From assembly GCA_045863235.1 (NCBI GenBank), contig BTUM01000003.1, positions 128,001 through 192,000 on the forward strand: a DNA stretch of 64,000 nt, given 5' to 3'. Of this stretch, positions 21,157-31,250 are shown piece after piece (the first letter of the stretch is position 1; each line of letters begins with the position of its first letter). A program made the translations under genes and the position numbers. A model generated the notes under the pieces. It did no database searches, was not told the origin of the DNA, and was given only the letters and a program-made list of their open reading frames with translations. This stretch comes from Candidatus Xenobia bacterium (GTDB lineage: Bacteria > Vulcanimicrobiota > Xenobia > Xenobiales > QWHO01).

Positions 21157-21661
21157 CCAGCTCGAGCACATCCTGCGAGCCTCGGGGGCTATCGCTGACG
21201 AGGGAGTCTTTATCGTCATCGGCAGCCAGGCGATCCTGGCCTCGCTCGACGAGCCACCGGCCGAGTTGACGGTCTCGCTCGAAGCCGACCTCTATCCTCG
21301 CGACGCGCCCGAGAAGGCCGACTTGATCACCGGCTCCATCGGTGAGTTCTCGCTCTTCTCCGAGACCTTCGGTTACCATGCTGACGGGGTTTCTCCGTCC
21401 ACGGCCGTGCTGCCACCCTCGTGGCCGGCGCGCCTGGTCACCCTACAAAATGAGAATACGGGAGGGGTTACGGGTCTTTGCCTCAGCCCGGCAGACATCG
21501 CCATCAGCAAGCTCGCCGCCGGCCGCACCAAGGACCTCGACTACGTGAGCGCCCTGTTGCGCCACCGAATCGTGACCCGCCCGACTCTGGAGCAACTGCT
21601 CGAGGAACTGACCCCCGAGCAGCGCATCCTGGTCGAACCGCGACTGCGGGCCATGTCCTGA
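21146..21661 (+). CDS. DUF6036-like nucleotidyltransferase
   Basis: GTG start after GGAG. RSQLEHILRA, VIGSQAIL, SLEAD, FGYHADGV, SKLAAGRTKD. Confidence 0.8.
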   Translation: MLRSQLEHILRASGAIADEGVFIVIGSQAILASLDEPPAELTVSLEADLYPRDAPEKADLITGSIGEFSLFSETFGYHADGVSPSTAVLPPSWPARLVTLQNENTGGVTGLCLSPADIAISKLAAGRTKDLDYVSALLRHRIVTRPTLEQLLEELTPEQRILVEPRLRAMS

Positions 21662-21856
21662 AGGATGGTTACAAAAGGTCACAGATTTTAGTCCCGACTT
21701 GGGGCCGAGCGGGCTGAGCATTAGTCTCGCGGCGAATCGATGCAAGCTCGCAGAGCCTGAGCCAGGCCCAGCAGCGGGCCGGCCTGAGACAAACATCCAC
21801 TCGTTCCCGCCGGGAACCTCCAAAGGGCCTCCTGCCAGCACGTTGAAGCAGGGCAG

Positions 21857-22258
21857 ATGAACGATCTGTCGCTCTTCATCCTGCGCTTCGTGGCCGGGGT
21901 GATCCTGGCCGCCCACGGCGCCCAGAAACTGTTCGGGGTCTTCGGGGGCCAGGGGATGGCCGGCATGGTGCAGATGCTCGGCCCGGTGGTGGGTTACCTG
22001 GTGGCCATCGGAGAGTGCTTTGGAGGGCTGGGGCTCGTCGTGGGGGTGCTGACCCGCTTTTCGGCCGCCTCCAACATCCTCATCATGCTGGGCGCCATCG
22101 CGATGGTGCACGGCAAGAACGGGTTCTTCCTGCATAACAGCGGCTTTGAGTATAACCTGGCCCTGATCGGGCTGCTCGCCCCCGTCGCGCTGTGCGGGCC
22201 CGGGAACTGGGCGGTGGGCCGATTTCTCCCCCTCCTGCGCGCAAAGCTCCTGGAGTAG
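21857..22258 (+). CDS. DoxX family membrane protein
   Basis: LRFVAGVILAAHGAQKLFG, GECFGG, GFEYNL. Confidence 0.93.
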   Translation: MNDLSLFILRFVAGVILAAHGAQKLFGVFGGQGMAGMVQMLGPVVGYLVAIGECFGGLGLVVGVLTRFSAASNILIMLGAIAMVHGKNGFFLHNSGFEYNLALIGLLAPVALCGPGNWAVGRFLPLLRAKLLE

Positions 22259-22259
22259 G

Positions 22260-24311
22260 TCAGCGCAGGTACGGCTCGTAGCTGTTGGGCAAGATGGCCC
22301 GGTCGGTCACCGGGCCGATCTGGGGCTGCTGCAGAGGGAAGGCTTTGAGCGAGAACTGGAAGTAGACCTCGTTCTGCACTCCCCGATAGACCACGCTGGC
22401 CATCCAGTCGTGCTCCTCGTAGTTGAGCTGGTAGTCCTGGTAGGTCATGCGCTCATTGACCAGGTCGTAAAGATTCCAACTGCCCACCGAGACCGAGTCG
22501 GTGAGGTCGAATCGAATCTGCGAGTCCACGCTGCGCCACAGCTTGAAGTTGGGGTCGAAGTTGGAGGAAGCCACCACCCGAACCCCTTCCAGGGGATGAA
22601 TGTCGAGCCGGGGGATCAGATCGTGCAGCCGGTCGCCATTGAGGTCGTAGCCCGCCAGGGCTCCCAGCTTCCACCTGTCGGTTTCGTAGAACTCCAGGCC
22701 CCCGGTCAGGGTCTGATACTGGAACTGGAGGTCGTGCTGGAAGGGCGAGTAGCCTTCCGGGTCCTGCCAGTTGTAATCGATTCGGGCCACTGCGTTGGAG
22801 CCAAGGTTCTGCAAGTAAGACCCGCGCGCGGCCAGCAGGTACTGGGCATCGCCGCTGCCATACAGCATCTGGCGTGCGCCCGCTCCAGCCAGAATACGAC
22901 CGGAGCCGAACTCGACGGTCTGGTCAGGGATGGTGAAACGCAGGTCGCCGCGGGTGGTGCCGTACATGCTGGGTGACTCGAACAGGTTGCCGAAACTGCC
23001 CGCCACCTGGATGGGGACCGGCCCGACATAGAGCGACTTGGAGCGTACGCTGACCTCGGGGCTGCGGTTGAGGTAGTAGAAGGTGGCGTCCCCTCCGCTG
23101 CGTTCCAGGTCGAGGGCGGAGTCGAACAGCTCGCTGGTGTGCAGCAGGCTGCCCAGCACGTGGTAGCGGCTGGTGGGTCCTCCGATGGGGGTGGTGGAGC
23201 GGTAGTAGTCGGCCGACCAGCGAGTGGCCAGCTCGGGCGTCATGTGCAGGTGGTAGAACAGGCGGGTGACGATGTTCTGGTTGTCGCCGATCCGGCTGTA
23301 ATTGCCCAGCACCTGCAGGTGCTGGCGCTCGGTATCTCGCTGGTAGTTGATCTGGGCGTTCTCCTGGGCGGGTGAGACGAACCCGGGCAACTCGAACTTG
23401 TTGGCGCTATAGTTGAGGGTCAGGTTGGAGGAATCGTCTGGGCGCAGTACCGTGTTGCTGTTGATCTGATAGCGCGAGCGTGTGGACTGGCGCCCCCGCA
23501 GCTGGTAGAGGTAGAAGTCTCCGGCCAGGAGGTCGCCCACCTCGTAATGGTGCTTGAGGCCCGCCCCGATACCGCTCTTCTGGTAGATATCGAACAAGAT
23601 CTGACCGTAGTTGGTGTCTCCCAGAGTATAGTCGAAGGAGTTCCGCAGAAAGACCCCGTCAATGCCATTGTGGCCGGGCAGAGGGAAGAAGGTCTGGATC
23701 CGCTGAGGAGCCCGGCTGGTCAGGGAGAGGTTGACGGTGGGCAGCGTGTAGATAGGGGTCTCCCCCAGCACCAGGCGCACGTCTTGCGCGATCATGCGCG
23801 ACCCGGGCAAGATCTCCAGGCGGGCCGACTCGAGCATGTAGTCGGTGCGACCGGGTGGAAGGTCGCAGCTTGTCACGCTGGCCTTCAACAGCTCGATGCT
23901 GTCGGGACGCCACTGCACCGTGTCGGCCCAGAGGAAGAGGTCTTCCTGCACGTTGCGCTGATCCACCACGAAGTCGCGGGCCCGCCCGGAAACTTTGGTC
24001 ATGTGGGCCATTCGGGCGCGGGTGTTGAAGTCGATGGTCTCGGCGGCCAGAAAGCTGTCCTGGAAGAAGAACACGCAATCGCCCCGGGCGGCTACGATGC
24101 CCGAGTTCTCGTCGTACTCGAGGTAGTCGCAGTCGAGTCGAACCCCGGCGATCTCGGCCCGCACGTGACCGGACGCGACGACCTTGCCGCCCTCACGCTT
24201 GACCGCGTCGGCCTGCAGAAAGAGCCGCTCCTTGCTTTGCGCCATTCCCATCCCCGTCAAGACGGCGCAGAGCCAGACCACAAAGAAAAAATGGCGCACC
24301 CGGGGGAGCAT
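22260..24311 (-). CDS. LptD/OstA-like outer-membrane assembly protein
   Basis: Signal peptide, N-terminal OstA-like beta-jellyroll (LQADAV...ASGHV...DYLEYD), TSCDLP, and an aromatic-rich beta-barrel region. Confidence 0.78.
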   Translation of the reverse strand: MLPRVRHFFFVVWLCAVLTGMGMAQSKERLFLQADAVKREGGKVVASGHVRAEIAGVRLDCDYLEYDENSGIVAARGDCVFFFQDSFLAAETIDFNTRARMAHMTKVSGRARDFVVDQRNVQEDLFLWADTVQWRPDSIELLKASVTSCDLPPGRTDYMLESARLEILPGSRMIAQDVRLVLGETPIYTLPTVNLSLTSRAPQRIQTFFPLPGHNGIDGVFLRNSFDYTLGDTNYGQILFDIYQKSGIGAGLKHHYEVGDLLAGDFYLYQLRGRQSTRSRYQINSNTVLRPDDSSNLTLNYSANKFELPGFVSPAQENAQINYQRDTERQHLQVLGNYSRIGDNQNIVTRLFYHLHMTPELATRWSADYYRSTTPIGGPTSRYHVLGSLLHTSELFDSALDLERSGGDATFYYLNRSPEVSVRSKSLYVGPVPIQVAGSFGNLFESPSMYGTTRGDLRFTIPDQTVEFGSGRILAGAGARQMLYGSGDAQYLLAARGSYLQNLGSNAVARIDYNWQDPEGYSPFQHDLQFQYQTLTGGLEFYETDRWKLGALAGYDLNGDRLHDLIPRLDIHPLEGVRVVASSNFDPNFKLWRSVDSQIRFDLTDSVSVGSWNLYDLVNERMTYQDYQLNYEEHDWMASVVYRGVQNEVYFQFSLKAFPLQQPQIGPVTDRAILPNSYEPYLR

Positions 24312-24490
24312 TTGAAGCCCATTCTGCTAGCGGGCAAGGGTTCCTCTCTGGAAGCAGAATCCCGTCGTGATAAGCTTGAGCCCAATCAAAGAAGGCCCGC
24401 CCAAGACCTCCTCAGAGGATCGAAAACCGCTCGAAACTTGAACTTCATTCCATTCCAGGAGTCCGGGGATGAATTGCCTAAAGCGGCCTC

Positions 24491-25108
24491 GTGGCACGCA
24501 TCGGACTGCTGGGAGGCACGTTCAACCCCATCCATCTCGGGCATCTGCGCCTGGCCGAGGAGGCCCGCGAGCAGTACAGGCTCGAGCGGGTGTGGTTCAT
24601 CCCCAACCCCTCCCCACCCCACCGGGCCCGGGGCAGCGTGCTGGCCCCCGCCGAGGAGCGCTTCCGGCTCGTCGAGCTGGCGGTGGAGTCCAATCCCGAC
24701 TTCGAGGTCTCGCGGATCGAGCTCGATCACTCCGGCCTGGCTTACACTGTGGAGACCGTCGAGCGCCTGCGCTCGCTCCATCCCGAGCACACGTTCCACT
24801 TTCTGACCGGGGCCGACTCGCTGCTGAGGAATCGCTGGCGGGAGTTGGACCGACTGTTGGGCATGCTGGGCTCCTTCGTGGCCGCGCGCCGGCCGGGCTT
24901 TGACTGGAGTGAGCTCGAACGCCACCTCGATAGCCTGCAGTTGAAGAATCGGGAGCGCATCGTGCGCTTCGACATGCCCGCCCTGGAGATCTCGGCCTCC
25001 GACCTGCGCCTGCGCCGTCGAGAGGGGCGATCGATCCGATACCTGGTGCCCGAAGCGGTGCGCCTGCGCATCCTGGAGGCCGGTCTTTACAGCGGCCTGG
25101 AGGAGTGA
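24491..25108 (+). CDS. nadD: Nicotinate-nucleotide adenylyltransferase
   Basis: GGTFNPIHLGH, YTVETV, TGADS, ISASDLR. Confidence 0.96.
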   Translation: MARIGLLGGTFNPIHLGHLRLAEEAREQYRLERVWFIPNPSPPHRARGSVLAPAEERFRLVELAVESNPDFEVSRIELDHSGLAYTVETVERLRSLHPEHTFHFLTGADSLLRNRWRELDRLLGMLGSFVAARRPGFDWSELERHLDSLQLKNRERIVRFDMPALEISASDLRLRRREGRSIRYLVPEAVRLRILEAGLYSGLEE

Positions 25109-25210
25109 ACCCACTGAGCCACGTATCTGCAAGCGAAGCGCGCAGCGAGCCGCAGGCGAGCGTAGTGCGTTTGAGCGATTCCCCACCGAGAACAGACGGA
25201 GCAGGCTGAA

Positions 25211-25609
25211 TTGGAACCCATCGACATCGCCCGGTTGGCGGCCCAGGTGGCCGAAGACAAGCTCGGTCGCGGAGTGCTCATCCTGGACCTGAGCCAGATC
25301 TCGATCATGTGCGACTACTTCGTGGTGGTCAGCGCTCCCACGCGCATCCAGACCCGCGACATCGCCCGGGCCATCGAAGAGAAGCTCAGCCAGCAGCAAG
25401 TCGCTGGGAAGCCCCTGCAGGGGATGCGCGAAGGCTCCTGGATCCTGATGGACTTTGGCACCGTGGTGGTGCACATCTTCCTCGAGGCCGAGCGCCGCTT
25501 CTACGACCTGGAGGGTCTCTGGAGCCAGGCCCGGGTCATCTACGAATCCAGCGATCACGACTATCCCGAGACCACGACGGCCAGCGCCGGCCGCCGCAGC
25601 AACCAGTAA
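25211..25609 (+). CDS. rsfS: Ribosome silencing factor
   Basis: CDYFVVVS, WILMDFGTVVVHIF, RRFYDLEGLW. Follows nadD as is usual. Confidence 0.95.
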   Translation: MEPIDIARLAAQVAEDKLGRGVLILDLSQISIMCDYFVVVSAPTRIQTRDIARAIEEKLSQQQVAGKPLQGMREGSWILMDFGTVVVHIFLEAERRFYDLEGLWSQARVIYESSDHDYPETTTASAGRRSNQ

Positions 25610-25622
25610 GGAGAACGAAACC

Positions 25623-27884
25623 ATGAACCCAGCCGACCTGAAACGGATCCAGGCCCTCTACGAATCCTTCCCTGCCCGCCAGGAGGCCATCCGCAAAGTG
25701 CTGGGCCGAGATTCGCTCACCGCTACCGAGAAGATTCTCTACAGCCACCTCATCCCCAGCCAGGCCCCACCCAGGGTGCGCGGAGAGAGCATGCTGCTGC
25801 TCAACCCCGACCGGGTGGCTCTTCAGGATGCCACCGCCCAGATGGCCATGCTGCAATTCATGCAGGCCCAGCGCGAGGAGGCAGCGGTGCCCAGCACCAT
25901 CCACTGCGACCATCTCATCCGCGCCCAGGCCGGGGCCGGGCCGGACCTCGAGAAGGCTCTGGAGGAGAACAACGAGGTCTACGCCTTCCTCAAATCGGCC
26001 GCGGCCCGCTACGGGCTGGGCTTCTGGAAGCCGGGCAGCGGCATCATCCACCAGGTGGTGCTGGAAAAGTATGCCTTCCCAGGCGGGCTGATGATCGGCA
26101 CTGACAGTCACACTCCCAACGCCGGCGGCCTGGGTATGCTGGCCATCGGGGTGGGTGGAGCCGACGCCGCCGAGGTCATGGCCGGGCTGCCCTGGGAGGT
26201 CCGCTCGCCCAAACTGGTGGGCGTGCACCTCAAGGGCAAGCTGAGCGGCTGGACTTCGCCCAAGGACGTTATCTTGTGGGTTTGCGGCAAGCTCACCACC
26301 GCCGGCGGCACCAACAAGATCGTGGAGTATTTCGGGGAGGGCGCGCGCAGCATCAGCGCCACCGGACGAGGCACCATCACCAACATGGGCGCCGAGCTGG
26401 GCGCTACCACCTCGGTCTTCGCCTTCGACGAGCGCACCGCCGCCTATCTACGCGCCACTGAGCGGGCCGGGGTGGCTGAGCTGGCCGAGAAGTATCGCGA
26501 ATTCCTGACCGCCGATCCGGATGTGGAGGCCCACCCCGAGAAATACTTCGACGAGCTGCTGGTGCTGGATCTGTCCACCCTCGAGCCCTACATCGTCGGC
26601 CCTCACTCGCCCGACCGGGCGCGTCCCCTCTCCGAGCTCAAAGCCGAGGTCGCGAAAGAAGGCTGGCCTCAAACCTACAAAGCCTGCCTCATCGGCAGCT
26701 GCACCAACTCGAGCTACGAGGACATGGAGCGGGCCGCCAACATCGCCCGTCAGGCCGCCGCCAAAGGACTCAAGGCCCGCTCCAACCTGATGGTTACGCC
26801 TGGTTCGCAGCAGATCTTCGAGACCATCCAGCGCGACGGACAGATGAAGGCTTTCCACGAGGTGGGCGCGGTGGTGCTGGCCAACGCCTGTGGCCCCTGC
26901 ATCGGAATGTGGAACCGCCAGGACGTGGCTCCAGGCGAGACCAACGCCATCCTGACCAGCTACAACCGTAACTTCCCCAAGCGAAACGACGGCAACCCCG
27001 ACACCCTGGCCTTCATCGCCAGCCCCGAGCTGGTGATGGCTGCGGCTCTGGCCGGCCGACTCGACTTCAACCCGGTCCAGGACTCGCTGGACGGACTCAA
27101 GTTCGAGCCACCCACCGCCCCCGAGCTGCCTCCGAACGGATTCGTGATCAGCTGGGACGGCTTCGTGGCCCCGCCCGAGGACCGCAAATCGGTCACTGTC
27201 AAAGTCGACCCCGGCTCGAGCCGATTGGAGATTCTCGAGCCCTTCGACCCCTGGCACGGCAAGGACTATGTCGACCTGCCCGTGCTGGTGAAGACCCAGG
27301 GGCAGACCACCACCGACCACATCTCCCCGGCCGGTAAGGTGTGGCTGCCCCTGCGCGGTCACCTCACCGGCATCAGCCACAACATGCTGCACGGGGCGGT
27401 GGACGCCGCCACCGGCAAGGTGGCCGACCCCGTCACCATGAAGGTGGCCGGAGTGGAGCGGCCCGCCTCCCCCTGGGCTCTCAAGGCCCTGGAGCTCAAG
27501 CAGAGCGTCATCGTGGGCGACCGCAACTACGGCGAGGGCTCCTCGCGCGAGCACGCGGCCATGTCGCCGCGCCTGCTGGGCGTGAAGGCGGTCATCACGC
27601 GCAGTTTCGCCCGCATTCACGAGACCAACCTCAAGAAGCAGGGCATCCTGCCGCTGACCTTCTCCTCCCCCGAGGACTACGACAAGATCCACAAGGACGA
27701 CAAGATCAGCCTGCTCGAGCTGGACAAGCTCGCCCCCGGCAAACCGGTCAAGGCGGTGGTCACCGACAAGGACGGCAACAAGCACGAGCTGAGCTTGAAT
27801 CACACCATGACCGCCGAGCAGATCGACTGGTTCAAAGCCGGCTCAGCCATGAACTCCGTGCGCCAGCGCGAGAAGGTCGGCTAA
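25623..27884 (+). CDS. acnA: Aconitate hydratase (mitochondrial-like type)
   Basis: DRVALQDATAQMA, HCDHLI, DSHTPN, IGSCTNSSYED, ANACGPCIG, TTDHIS, NYGEGSSREHAA. Confidence 0.95.
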   Translation: MNPADLKRIQALYESFPARQEAIRKVLGRDSLTATEKILYSHLIPSQAPPRVRGESMLLLNPDRVALQDATAQMAMLQFMQAQREEAAVPSTIHCDHLIRAQAGAGPDLEKALEENNEVYAFLKSAAARYGLGFWKPGSGIIHQVVLEKYAFPGGLMIGTDSHTPNAGGLGMLAIGVGGADAAEVMAGLPWEVRSPKLVGVHLKGKLSGWTSPKDVILWVCGKLTTAGGTNKIVEYFGEGARSISATGRGTITNMGAELGATTSVFAFDERTAAYLRATERAGVAELAEKYREFLTADPDVEAHPEKYFDELLVLDLSTLEPYIVGPHSPDRARPLSELKAEVAKEGWPQTYKACLIGSCTNSSYEDMERAANIARQAAAKGLKARSNLMVTPGSQQIFETIQRDGQMKAFHEVGAVVLANACGPCIGMWNRQDVAPGETNAILTSYNRNFPKRNDGNPDTLAFIASPELVMAAALAGRLDFNPVQDSLDGLKFEPPTAPELPPNGFVISWDGFVAPPEDRKSVTVKVDPGSSRLEILEPFDPWHGKDYVDLPVLVKTQGQTTTDHISPAGKVWLPLRGHLTGISHNMLHGAVDAATGKVADPVTMKVAGVERPASPWALKALELKQSVIVGDRNYGEGSSREHAAMSPRLLGVKAVITRSFARIHETNLKKQGILPLTFSSPEDYDKIHKDDKISLLELDKLAPGKPVKAVVTDKDGNKHELSLNHTMTAEQIDWFKAGSAMNSVRQREKVG

Positions 27885-27905
27885 CCTCTCGCCTGGACCG
27901 GGGAC

Positions 27906-29102
27906 TCAGGGCGTGAGGTGGAGCATCGAGTTGCGATAGACCTCGAGGTTCGCCTCGGTGATCTCCGGGGTCCCGCGGACCGAGTAATAGCGAGAGAAGG
28001 CGTCGGCGGCCGGGGAGCCCGGGACCAGCATCGCCTCCAACCTGGCGATGTCCAGGGTCGGTAGCCCGTAGGTCTCGTGGAAGTCGTACTCGAGCTTCCA
28101 GGTCGGGTTGTCCAGGTCCAGGTAGTAAGCCTGGTAGTTCGTCAGATCAACTCGGTAGACCAGAAAGGCGGGGTTGTTGCCGTACACCGGGCTCACGGCC
28201 GGGACGATCTTGCAGGGGACGTCCGGCAAGATCAGGCGGAAGTCGTCGCGGTGGGTGTGGCCGGCGAAGGCCACCTCCACAAGGCCGGAATGGCGTTCCA
28301 GGACTTGGAGGAACCCGGCCAGGTACTCCGGCCGCCAGAGCTCGAGCGGGTCGGGACGTCCCGCTTCGAAGGCGCGGGCGGTGTAATAGTTGTCCAGGCC
28401 GGGCGGAATGTGCATCGCCAGCCAAACCCGCTTGCCGGAAGAGGCGGCCCGCGTTAGCTCCTCGTCGAGCCACTGAAGCTCGCGCGAGCCGTCGTCCACC
28501 CCGACCCGGTTGGCCGAGAAGAACACCGTGTTCAGCCCGATGAGCTGGCGATCCGGGCGACCCGGCATCGGGAACGAGCTGTAGCCCCCTTCGGCCAGCG
28601 TCTCGCGCACGAGGAGAGGAGAGCCCGACAGCGGCGCCCAGATCTCGCTGAAGCGCTTCAGGAACTGCCCGCCCGGACGAACCTGGTAGTTCCCGTCGAA
28701 CGAGTCGTCATTGCCGGGGACGGTCAGAACCGGCGTGTCCGGCCAGCGCTCCTGGATCTCCGAGGCGATGTCCGCGACCGTCTGCACCGTGAACTCGTCG
28801 AACCCGGGGTGGGGCTTGTGCTCGGCATAGAGTTCCTCCCAGCGGTGGGCCAGAAGGTCGCCCGTGACCAGGATGAACTGCGGTTGGGGACACTGGCGCC
28901 GCGCCTCGTCCAGCGCGCTCTCGACCAGCTGGGCGCTCGAGTCCTGGCCCCGCTTCGGAAGGCCTCCCTTCTCGAACGGGTTGAGGTGCAGATCGGACAG
29001 AATCAGAAAGACCGGTGCCGGCTGGCCCCGCAGGGGCAGTGCGAACCAGACCAGAAGCGCAAGCAGGACGAGTAGCCTGCGCGCGGCGGACCCCTCGATC
29101 AA
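27906..29102 (-). CDS. Secreted metallophosphoesterase (acid sphingomyelinase-like)
   Basis: SDLH, TGDLLAH, PGNDD, MHIPP, GHTHRD, SPVYGNNP. Confidence 0.88.
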   Translation of the reverse strand: MIEGSAARRLLVLLALLVWFALPLRGQPAPVFLILSDLHLNPFEKGGLPKRGQDSSAQLVESALDEARRQCPQPQFILVTGDLLAHRWEELYAEHKPHPGFDEFTVQTVADIASEIQERWPDTPVLTVPGNDDSFDGNYQVRPGGQFLKRFSEIWAPLSGSPLLVRETLAEGGYSSFPMPGRPDRQLIGLNTVFFSANRVGVDDGSRELQWLDEELTRAASSGKRVWLAMHIPPGLDNYYTARAFEAGRPDPLELWRPEYLAGFLQVLERHSGLVEVAFAGHTHRDDFRLILPDVPCKIVPAVSPVYGNNPAFLVYRVDLTNYQAYYLDLDNPTWKLEYDFHETYGLPTLDIARLEAMLVPGSPAADAFSRYYSVRGTPEITEANLEVYRNSMLHLTP

Positions 29103-31195
29103 AGACTGAGCCGCGCCGTCTCGTAGGCTCGCAACAGCTCGATGGGGGGCTCCAGGCCCAGGTCACGCTGCAAGAGCTTGCGGCAGCTTTCGAAGCGGCG
29201 CACCGCCTCGGCCGGGCGCTTCAAGGCTAGATAGGCATTGAGCAGCCGCAACCAGGCGTCCTGGTGGTAGGGGTCGAGCTCCAGCGTGCGCTCGGCCAGC
29301 TCGACCACCGAGGCCGGATCGGTCTCGTGGGCCAGCAATGCCTCGAGGGCTGTGAGCACCAGCCGCTCGACACGGGTCCGGCGCAGCAGCACCCAGTCGG
29401 CGTACTGGCCCTCCAGGTAGGGGCCGCGGTACAGATCCACCACCCTGCGGCAGGCCTCCGGCTCCCGGGCGCCGGCCGCGGCCCGCTCGAGCTCATCATA
29501 GTCGTGCCAGCGAGGCAGCTCGGGATTGAGCTGGATGCCCTGGGAGGCGCGCACCACGTAATTCAGCTCGCCCGGCCAGCCGGGCGGGCGCAGGTTGTTG
29601 CGCAGGTGCGAGAGCGTGGCCGACAGGTTTCGCTTGCCGCGCGGCTCCTCGGGCCAGAAGACCTCGGTGAGCAGGTCCTCGCTGACGGGGCGGCCCTGCT
29701 GGGCTGCCAGAAAGGCCAGCATCAGGCGCACTTTGGGGCTCTTCCACTGACGGTCCTCAAGCCGGGTATCCCCGTGGAACACCTCGAACGGGCCCAGCGA
29801 AAAGAGCCGCAGCATGGGCGGTCCAACCGCACCGCTGCGCGGTTTGGCCGCCTGGCGCACCTCGGGATCGGGATCCTCGACCAGCAGACGCAGGCCTTCC
29901 TCGGCCCACATCCCCCACGACCCGGACAGGGCCCGGGCTGCCGCCCGGCGAGCTGGAACGGAGAGCTGACCGCGCAACAAGAGCGCGTTGAACTCGCGGG
30001 GTGCCTCGCGGGCCAGGCTGGCCAGTAACGACTCGCAGCCCGGCTCGAGCAAGAGCCAGTCCAATCCCCAGCGAGCCAGGTCGGCTCGAGCCTGCAGCTG
30101 CTCGGGCTCGAGCAGGGTGGCCAGGGCTCCCTCGGGAGGTGGGTGGGCTCTCCAGCGGGCCTCCACCAGGGCGGCCAGAGCTGCTTGAGGACGCAGACCG
30201 AGCCGACTCGAGAGACCCGCTGCCTCGCGAGCCAGCTCGCCGGCCTCGTTCCCACCCAGCAACAGAGCCGCTTCCAGGGATGCCCGGGCGGTCGCCAGAG
30301 GACCCACCTGGCGAGCCAGCTCCACAGCTCGGCGAGCCTGCTCGGCATCGCCCAGACGGGCCAGGCCCAGCAGGGCTTCGACCTGCTCGCGAGTCGACCC
30401 GGTGTCAGCCAGGCTTTCATAGGCAAGGCGTGCGCTCTCGGGGGACTGCGACCGCTCCAGGGCACGAGCCACCGAGAGCACACTCACGCCCTTGCCGCTC
30501 GGCTCGGGCAGGGCGGCCTGATCGAGGGCGGCCAGGATCTCCGGGTCGGCCTCCTCCTCCAGCCCGTCGGCCCGGGCCTGGCAGGTGGCCGCGATGCGCT
30601 GCTGCAGGTCGGTCGGTTGGCCGGGGCCGGCCTTGCCCAGGGCCCGGGCCAGGGTGAGCAATCGGGTCTCCAGAGCGGGCCCGGCTGCCATCCCGAGAGC
30701 CAGGGCAACGGTCTCGGCAAGACGTCCGGCTTCCCGGGCCGAGCCGTGAGCTTCGAGAGCCTGCTCCAGGCCCCAGACCGCGGTCTGGAGCAGATCAAGC
30801 TCGCGCTGGCTGACGACCCGGGCCAGGCGGCAGCGCTCGGCCTGACGCTCGACGGCCTCCATGAACTCCCCCACCCGGAAGGGCTTCTTGAGATAGTCCC
30901 CTACCCCGAGACGGATGGCGCGGATCGAGTCGGCCTCGGTGGAGTAGCCCGTGATCACGATGCTGCGGATGTCGGGCTGCTGGCTCTTCACCTGACCTAA
31001 CGCGGTCAGGCCGTCGGTGCCTTCCATCCGCACGTCGGCGATGATCAGGTCGAACTGCCCCTGGCGACCGCGCTCGATGGCTTCGTCACCGCGGCCCACC
31101 GCCACCACCCGATAGCCCCGACCAGCCAGCGTGCCCTCGAGCAGTTCGCGCAACGTCTCGTCGTCTTCCAGCAGCAGGATGCTCAGCGGATCCAT
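29099..31195 (-). CDS. Response regulator with helical middle region and C-terminal SARP (wHTH + BTAD) output
   Basis: REC domain LLLEDD...DVRM...KKPF. LRLFSLGPF, LTEVFWP, LYRGPYLEG, LGLEP. Confidence 0.85.
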   Translation of the reverse strand: MDPLSILLLEDDETLRELLEGTLAGRGYRVVAVGRGDEAIERGRQGQFDLIIADVRMEGTDGLTALGQVKSQQPDIRSIVITGYSTEADSIRAIRLGVGDYLKKPFRVGEFMEAVERQAERCRLARVVSQRELDLLQTAVWGLEQALEAHGSAREAGRLAETVALALGMAAGPALETRLLTLARALGKAGPGQPTDLQQRIAATCQARADGLEEEADPEILAALDQAALPEPSGKGVSVLSVARALERSQSPESARLAYESLADTGSTREQVEALLGLARLGDAEQARRAVELARQVGPLATARASLEAALLLGGNEAGELAREAAGLSSRLGLRPQAALAALVEARWRAHPPPEGALATLLEPEQLQARADLARWGLDWLLLEPGCESLLASLAREAPREFNALLLRGQLSVPARRAAARALSGSWGMWAEEGLRLLVEDPDPEVRQAAKPRSGAVGPPMLRLFSLGPFEVFHGDTRLEDRQWKSPKVRLMLAFLAAQQGRPVSEDLLTEVFWPEEPRGKRNLSATLSHLRNNLRPPGWPGELNYVVRASQGIQLNPELPRWHDYDELERAAAGAREPEACRRVVDLYRGPYLEGQYADWVLLRRTRVERLVLTALEALLAHETDPASVVELAERTLELDPYHQDAWLRLLNAYLALKRPAEAVRRFESCRKLLQRDLGLEPPIELLRAYETARLSL

Positions 31196-31250
31196 TGCCG
31201 ACCCACTTCGAAACCATGCCAGAGCAACCCTATTTGCAGAACACTTGGAG

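Noticed and set aside
24312..24490. Possible NAD-related riboswitch upstream of nadD
   Set aside because: Only a weak hairpin is present and I recognise no consensus.
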